Positions 58,085-64,000 of a DNA stretch of 64,000 nucleotides are shown here, in pieces. The notes under the pieces were generated by a model, which was given only the letters and a program-made list of their open reading frames with translations, was not told where the DNA came from and ran no database searches. Position numbers and translations under genes: made by a program. Numbering within the stretch: position 1 is the first letter of the stretch; every line of letters starts with the position of its first letter. Source of the DNA: Verrucomicrobiota bacterium (GTDB taxonomy: Bacteria; Verrucomicrobiota; Verrucomicrobiia; Limisphaerales; AAA164-E04); the NCBI GenBank assembly GCA_029247315.1, contig JAQWLM010000107.1, positions 7,459-71,458 of the forward strand. The letters are read 5' to 3'.

Positions 58085-61000
58085 TCACCTTTCAGTGTTC
58101 AAATCTGGATCTTTCTGGATCAACCATTCACGCTTTGAATCATCGGAGAACACTTCCTGTATCACACCGTCGGGCCACCGGACTTCCAGACCTATCATGA
58201 ATTCCTGGCGGCCAAGTATCTGACGGGAGGCGTTCTGCGACCAGTATCCTTCACCAAGATGCCACTCCCTGGCTGGGCCTTTTCGACCATTTTCATAAAT
58301 CAATCTGACCCGTGCGCCGATGGCGTGGGGATTCCCACCCCTTCCACGAAGACGTACCCCAACCCCAGGCTTACCTGCAACATTTTCATAGAGCTGTGTT
58401 CTGCCCCGGAAAGCACTCGCAGCAAAATCTGGGCGGCCGTCTTTGTTGAAATCCGCCACCGCTAATCCTCTTCCTTCACCTTGAAGAAGAATACCGCTTG
58501 TAACTGGATCCACGGGCATGAACTCACCCTCACCGTTACCAGTGAGTAACATCCCGTTACCTGCATCCTGACGGCTGTCGAGGGGGTTTACGTCAAAAAA
58601 GTTCTGGGATGCAACCAGGTCCTCGTTTCCGTCTCCATTAAAGTCACCTACACCCAGACCAAAAAGGGGGGATTGCTGCATGATGGATGGCAAAGGATGA
58701 AGTTTGAAAAAATCCCCGTGATTCAAAAAAAGCACCGAATCAAAAAAGCAAGCTTCCAAGCTTTGATAGGTGCCTGGCATGACTTTGATGACATCGCTGG
58801 TACCTACCCGTGAAAAGGTTTCGAAACTGGTGTAAGCCGATCTTATCCACGGGAGAACTTGTGATAAGGTTCCCCAGTCGCGCGTTGGCACTTGGCGGTT
58901 TGTGGCGGGATCCCGGTGTGATTCAATCATGGGAATGCCCCCGGGGCCCCTGGGACCTCCATAATAAAGTTGCAAGGGCTGAAAACTTGCATGGGCGTAT
59001 TCATGGTTCCGTCCCCAGTTCCCGGCGACCAGGTCCATACGACCATCGCCATTGGCATCCATGGAAACAAGGCTTGTCCACCATCCAGTCATGTCGTTCA
59101 GGAATTCCATCGTCATGGGTCCCCCCCGGGCTGAATCGGACTTGATGGCAGGGTTCCATTCGCGGAATTGGCCGTCAAGGTTTTCGAACATACGAATAGA
59201 ACCCCATTCACACGCAAGGATCAGGTCAGGCAAATGGCTCCCCACCATATCACTGAACAATGCAGAACTGACCATACCGACATCTTCAAACAACCGGCTG
59301 CCTTCAGGGTCCTTTTCAAGGTGTCCGTTTTTATTACGATAAAGAAGGCCACTTGAAGGAGCAGGATAGCGTCCGGCCTTCATCCGGCCCCCAAGAAACA
59401 AATCCAGATCATCGTCCCCATCCAAATCTGCCATGACCATGGGGCCAGAACTGGAGAGACCATCACCGGCCACACGAAGGGTTGAGCCATCGAGCATGGA
59501 AAACTGATTGAAAGCCGCCGATTCAGGTTGGTTTTCCCGAAATCTGGATTGCCCCATCAACAGATGGAGTTGCCCTTGCCCTCCTTCCCAGGCCAGGATG
59601 GAAGTTTGAGCTTGCTCAAGAGCTTTTTCAAAGGCTTTTGCACGCTGACGAATGAATCCACCGCTTCCATCATTGCGATAGACTCCGAGTCGGCTACCTT
59701 GACCACCTCCGATAAAAAGGTCGTCCCAGCCATCCCGGTTAAAGTCGAACCATGCCATTCCCGGGCCATGACCGTTTTCCTTTCGAGGTTTCAATGCTTG
59801 CTGCATAAAGTCATCCAGCGACGTGTTCGCATGAAGATGATTCAAGCGCTCTGATACTTCTTTAAAAAAAGGCACGGGGTCGTCGAGTTTCTGCTTTTGC
59901 CTTGTCGATACCAGCGCTCCCTCCTCTTGCTGTTTTTGAACCCTGTAAACCCTGTTGGAAGGGACTTCCTTCAAAAGCCGTTGGGTTCCATCTGGCCATT
60001 CCACCATGATATTCACATGATCCCCGTTTTTTCTCACTGCAAAGGCACGCTGAAGATGATCGCTTGAGAGATATCTACCACCTGCAACGATGCGCTGTAG
60101 CTGACGCGGCAGCCCCGGCGCTTCCACACTTACAAGGGCACCGATCCCGTGCGTGTTATGCCCACTGTCACGCACCTGCACACTGACACGCGCTCCCTGC
60201 GCCTCATTGCGATAAAGGAGTGCATCCGCATTCAGGCAATTAACCACGACATCCATGTCTCCGTCATTATCGAGGTCGGCCAGGGCCATGCCGTGGGAGA
60301 CACGATGGGAGTCAAAACCCCAGGAAGCTCCAAGTTCCTCGAATGTTCCATCACCTCTATTTTTGAAGGCCATATTAGGGACCTCAAGAACAGGGAATTG
60401 GGCACGCAGTTCCAGCTGTTGAGGGTGTGTCAAGGTCGTCTCCTTCAATTGCCCATCAAGTCGCCGGGCCACGTCTGCATTTTGAGAGTCGCGCCAATGT
60501 CCCGTACTAACCAGGAGGTCTTCAAATCCATCAAGATCGACATCCAGGAAAATGGGGCACCACGACCATTCCGAGGCCTCCACACCGCTGTAGCGAGCCT
60601 GTTCCCGGAAGGTCTTGTCCGAACGTTGAAGGAACAGGGTGTTTCGAGGCGATTGGGGCCTCCCGGCTCGCGCATCTCGAAACTGGGCAAATGCCACCCC
60701 ATCCATCACTTGGACCATGCGTCGTTGATGGGATCTACTCAGCATATCAGCAACAAATAGATCAGGCAAAGCGTCTCGATCGACATCGGCAAAGTCCAAT
60801 CCCATGGAAAACAAGCTGGTCTGGCGAAATATATTTGGATCGGCTGCCTTGAAGGAACCATTCCCAGAATTGATCCAGATACGGTCCGGTGACTGAAAAT
60901 CGTTACACACATACAGGTCCGGAGCATGATCCCCGTTGATGTCATAGAACATGGCTGACAAGCCCCAATCATAAGGGATCTTGGAAGGACTGCCATCCGC

Positions 61001-61843
61001 CTCCAGAAAATGTCCATCATCCCATGCGACAGGTTCAAAATTGCCGTTCCCTTGATTTAAAAACAATTGATCCGGCTCCCCGTTTTCCAGGATTCCATTG
61101 GCACGGTCGAATGAAAACCGCCCCTTGATTCCGGGGCTGTCGGCAGCTTGCCCATTAAAGCTCACCAAGGTGTATTTCCCATCCACCAGACGAACGTCAA
61201 ACTGTCCGTTGGGCATGTCACGAATCGTGTCATTACGATAATTAACCACGTAAAGGTCCAGCCATCCGTTGCCGTCTACATCAGCAATGGCCATGGAGGC
61301 ACTTCCGTGTTGCCCTCCCAGTTGCCATTTGTTGGTGGCTTCCTGAAATTGCCCCAATCCATCATTCAGGAAAAGACGCACCCCACGACGATGACCTGAA
61401 ATCAGGAGGTCCAGGCTGCCGTCTCCATTCACGTCGACCAAGGCGGCACCCGTGGAAGATTGATCCTCACAGGCAACTCCACCATTCAGTTCCTTCCGCA
61501 CAAAATTCCACTCTCCCTTGTTGATATAAAGTGCATTTGGACCATCGAGGGCGCAAAAGTAAAGATCACACAACCCGTCTTGGTTCACATCTCCAGCCGC
61601 AACACCTGAACCGTTGAGTAACACCTGATTTGACAACCCGCGCTCACTGGCAAGGAGGTTTTGAAACCTTATCCCACTGGTATTGGGATCCAAGGATGTG
61701 AAAGCCTCCCCTTCGAACTTGGCAAACTGGATGGGAAAAGATTGATATCCCTGACCTGATTTCCACGCCACCTCCGGCTGAGCCCCATGAAGACAGGCAT
61801 TTCCAAGGATCAAGCAAAGGATGCGACTGGGGAATGATGCCAT
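58085..61843 (-). CDS. FG-GAP/VCBS repeat protein with ASPIC/UnbV domains (tandem duplicated module)
   Basis: Many DxDxDG..DL repeats; GIGA.V..GGRYLSS...VEWPDG internally and AIGARV..GEGYWSQ..VRWPDG at the C-terminus. Start refined to MASFP (61843). Confidence 0.88.
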   Translation of the reverse strand: MASFPSRILCLILGNACLHGAQPEVAWKSGQGYQSFPIQFAKFEGEAFTSLDPNTSGIRFQNLLASERGLSNQVLLNGSGVAAGDVNQDGLCDLYFCALDGPNALYINKGEWNFVRKELNGGVACEDQSSTGAALVDVNGDGSLDLLISGHRRGVRLFLNDGLGQFQEATNKWQLGGQHGSASMAIADVDGNGWLDLYVVNYRNDTIRDMPNGQFDVRLVDGKYTLVSFNGQAADSPGIKGRFSFDRANGILENGEPDQLFLNQGNGNFEPVAWDDGHFLEADGSPSKIPYDWGLSAMFYDINGDHAPDLYVCNDFQSPDRIWINSGNGSFKAADPNIFRQTSLFSMGLDFADVDRDALPDLFVADMLSRSHQRRMVQVMDGVAFAQFRDARAGRPQSPRNTLFLQRSDKTFREQARYSGVEASEWSWCPIFLDVDLDGFEDLLVSTGHWRDSQNADVARRLDGQLKETTLTHPQQLELRAQFPVLEVPNMAFKNRGDGTFEELGASWGFDSHRVSHGMALADLDNDGDMDVVVNCLNADALLYRNEAQGARVSVQVRDSGHNTHGIGALVSVEAPGLPRQLQRIVAGGRYLSSDHLQRAFAVRKNGDHVNIMVEWPDGTQRLLKEVPSNRVYRVQKQQEEGALVSTRQKQKLDDPVPFFKEVSERLNHLHANTSLDDFMQQALKPRKENGHGPGMAWFDFNRDGWDDLFIGGGQGSRLGVYRNDGSGGFIRQRAKAFEKALEQAQTSILAWEGGQGQLHLLMGQSRFRENQPESAAFNQFSMLDGSTLRVAGDGLSSSGPMVMADLDGDDDLDLFLGGRMKAGRYPAPSSGLLYRNKNGHLEKDPEGSRLFEDVGMVSSALFSDMVGSHLPDLILACEWGSIRMFENLDGQFREWNPAIKSDSARGGPMTMEFLNDMTGWWTSLVSMDANGDGRMDLVAGNWGRNHEYAHASFQPLQLYYGGPRGPGGIPMIESHRDPATNRQVPTRDWGTLSQVLPWIRSAYTSFETFSRVGTSDVIKVMPGTYQSLEACFFDSVLFLNHGDFFKLHPLPSIMQQSPLFGLGVGDFNGDGNEDLVASQNFFDVNPLDSRQDAGNGMLLTGNGEGEFMPVDPVTSGILLQGEGRGLAVADFNKDGRPDFAASAFRGRTQLYENVAGKPGVGVRLRGRGGNPHAIGARVRLIYENGRKGPAREWHLGEGYWSQNASRQILGRQEFMIGLEVRWPDGVIQEVFSDDSKREWLIQKDPDLNTER

Positions 61844-62072
61844 GTCTTGATTATAAGTTTCATCCCCCCCGGTCATCGAGAAAAAATAACACAGGAATAC
61901 AAATCCTCCTGAATCCGCTGACTCAAGGCTCGACGCGAATCGAGCATCGGTGTTCAATGACACCATGTACAGAGCAGGAGCATACCCTCGATCCTACATT
62001 CATCACCCAACGAATCCCCTTCCAATCCTTCATCGGATTCTCAACACCACACAAGCACTGACAAGCACATGC

Positions 62073-63989
62073 ATGAGTAGCCCCGTCATTCTGACGGCTC
62101 TCTTTTTTGTGTATCACACAGAGTCCCTGCAGGCAGCATCACCGGAACACAATTTTGCCATCGACCGGCTTGAGGCACGCCGCAGTTTCCAGATGCAACA
62201 GGCAAGGGCAATGCAGGTTTTTCATGATTTTCGATTTGATGACCAGATCTTGGCTAGCGGTATTCAATTCGCTCACCAGGTTGTCGACGACGCCGCACTA
62301 ACCTACAAGGCGGCGCATTATGACCATGGAAATGCGGTTGCCGTTGCTGATGTGGACGGTGATCTGCGCCTGGACATCTACTGGACAACTCAGATTGGGG
62401 AGAATCATCTCTGGCGCAATCTCGGTAAGGGCCTTTTTGAAGATATCACTGACCGGGCCGGCCTTGCGCTCCCGAATCAGATCTCTGTTGGGGCTTCCTT
62501 CGCAGATATCGACAATGACGGTGATCAAGACCTTTTTGTCACCACGGTGCGCAAGGGAAACCACCTTTTTCAAAACCAGGGAAACGGGGTTTTCAAGGAT
62601 ATCACCGCCGACTCCGGATTATCCTACAGCGGACACTCCTCTGGAGCCGTTTTCTGGGACTATGACAGGGACGGAGTTCTGGATCTCTTCGTGACCAACG
62701 TAGGCATATACACCCAGGAACAAAAGGGACGGGATGGTTTTTTCAAGGCATACCCCGATGCATTTTCAGGACATATGATGCCGGAGCGTACCGAATACAG
62801 CATTCTTTACAGGGGACTTGGCAAGGGAAAGTATAAGGACGTCTCGAAGGCGACCGGATTGCGGGATGCCAGCTGGAGCGGTGACTGCGCTTTTGCGGAT
62901 ATCAACGAGGATGGATTCCTGGACCTTTACATTGTCAACATGCAAGGCGATGACCATTTCTATGAAAATCAGGGCGGGGTTTCTTTTGTGGACAAAACCT
63001 CCACTTATTTTCCAAAAACCTCCTGGGGAGCCATGGGCGTGAAGTTTTTTGATGCCAACGGGGATGGTCGCTTGGATCTATACGTCACCGACATACATTC
63101 TGACATGACACAGGGACAGACCATGCAGGCCCTGAGATTTGAACCGCGCGCTGAAAAAGCCAAGAGCGAGGCATTCTGTTCAACACAATGGACTGAAGCA
63201 TACCTTCAGGGTGCAAACAACAACCTATTCGGAAACGCACTTTATGTCAGCCAACCGGAAGGGAACTTTCGTGAAGTTTCCCAGTCGTATCACGCAGAGA
63301 CGTACTGGCCGTGGGGATTCAGTGTCGGAGACCTGAATGCAGATGGGTCTGAAGACGTATTTGTGACCGCCGGCATGGGTTATCCGTTTCGTTACGGCAT
63401 CAATTCTCTCCTTCTCAATGATCATGGAAAGCGTTTTTTTGACAGCGAGTTCCTGCTTGGGGTCGAACCCAGGGGTGACGGACGCACCGAGAAGGTCTGG
63501 TTTACACTGGATTGCGACGATACGGATCAAACGCATCGCGAATGCCAGGGTCACACGGGTAGGAAACCGGTTCTTGGAACCTTGAGCACACGCTCTTCCG
63601 CAATGGTCGATATCGATAACGATGGCGACCTGGACATCATCACCAATGAGTTCAACGACCGACCTCAACTTCTTATCAGTAATTTAACTGAGAAGAAAAA
63701 AATCACCTTTTTAAAGATAAAACTGGTTGGCAGGACTTCCAACAGGAATGGCTTGGGAGCCAAAGTTTCGGTCCTGACTGCCGGAAAACGTCAGATGCAG
63801 ATCAACGATGGAAAATCCGGCTACCTGGCTCAAAGCTCGATACCCATGTATTTTGGTCTGGGAACCGCTACCAAGGTCGATGCCGTTGAGGTCCAATGGC
63901 CTTCTGGAATCATCCAACGCACACAAGCACAGGTGGAACCCAACCAAACCTTGACACTGCGTGAACCGGATGATGGCAGAATACCTTGA
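62073..63989 (+). CDS. CRTAC1-like FG-GAP repeat / ASPIC-UnbV protein
   Basis: Signal peptide; DVDGD, DIDNDGD, DYDRDG, DANGDG, DLNADG repeats; C-terminal NRNGLGAKV..GYLAQS..FGLG..VQWPSG. Start refined to MSSPV (62073). Confidence 0.9.
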   Translation: MSSPVILTALFFVYHTESLQAASPEHNFAIDRLEARRSFQMQQARAMQVFHDFRFDDQILASGIQFAHQVVDDAALTYKAAHYDHGNAVAVADVDGDLRLDIYWTTQIGENHLWRNLGKGLFEDITDRAGLALPNQISVGASFADIDNDGDQDLFVTTVRKGNHLFQNQGNGVFKDITADSGLSYSGHSSGAVFWDYDRDGVLDLFVTNVGIYTQEQKGRDGFFKAYPDAFSGHMMPERTEYSILYRGLGKGKYKDVSKATGLRDASWSGDCAFADINEDGFLDLYIVNMQGDDHFYENQGGVSFVDKTSTYFPKTSWGAMGVKFFDANGDGRLDLYVTDIHSDMTQGQTMQALRFEPRAEKAKSEAFCSTQWTEAYLQGANNNLFGNALYVSQPEGNFREVSQSYHAETYWPWGFSVGDLNADGSEDVFVTAGMGYPFRYGINSLLLNDHGKRFFDSEFLLGVEPRGDGRTEKVWFTLDCDDTDQTHRECQGHTGRKPVLGTLSTRSSAMVDIDNDGDLDIITNEFNDRPQLLISNLTEKKKITFLKIKLVGRTSNRNGLGAKVSVLTAGKRQMQINDGKSGYLAQSSIPMYFGLGTATKVDAVEVQWPSGIIQRTQAQVEPNQTLTLREPDDGRIP

Positions 63990-64000
63990 AACCCATTCAG

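Noticed and set aside
60149-60760. 203-aa plus-strand ORF and similar nested ORFs across the window
   Set aside because: They lie inside well-supported genes on another strand or frame.
61950-61966. Apparent head-to-head overlap of the two ASPIC/UnbV genes
   Set aside because: Refined starts (61843 and 62073) remove the overlap.
1-64000. CRISPR arrays, rRNA/tRNA genes, prophage, IS elements, defence systems
   Set aside because: No spaced direct repeats, cloverleaf sequences, integrase, transposase or phage genes seen by eye; a covariance-model scan would be needed to exclude small RNAs.

Overview
Gene-dense bacterial chromosomal window with about 40 CDS. The gene content (PSCyt1/DUF1549/DUF1553 plus DUF1501 pair, PVC-type CxxCH dehydrogenase, sulfatases, ASPIC/UnbV proteins, hldD, lnt) points to the PVC superphylum, most likely Verrucomicrobiota (inference). 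I saw no rRNA, tRNA, CRISPR array, integrase or transposase. Housekeeping genes (pabB, mnmE, hldD, lnt, degP, glcD/glcF) are mixed with accessory modules. The best candidate for an undescribed system is at 44451-47664: an MtrA/DmsE-like cytochrome with 8 heme motifs (7 CxxCH plus 1 CX4CH), followed by an MtrB-like beta-barrel that carries its own N-terminal monoheme cytochrome c domain. Other notable items are phnA-phnY without phnW next to an orphan beta-propeller kinase and a DUF5690 membrane protein; a coupled HX4E acyltransferase plus FeeM/OlsB-like GNAT pair (possible amino-lipid pathway); a CusR/CopR-type palindrome upstream of degP beside a CusR-like regulator; a glcD-(membrane protein)-glcF operon; and an orphan H-NOBA-like hybrid kinase. 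All family calls come from recognising motifs by eye; no database search was run.
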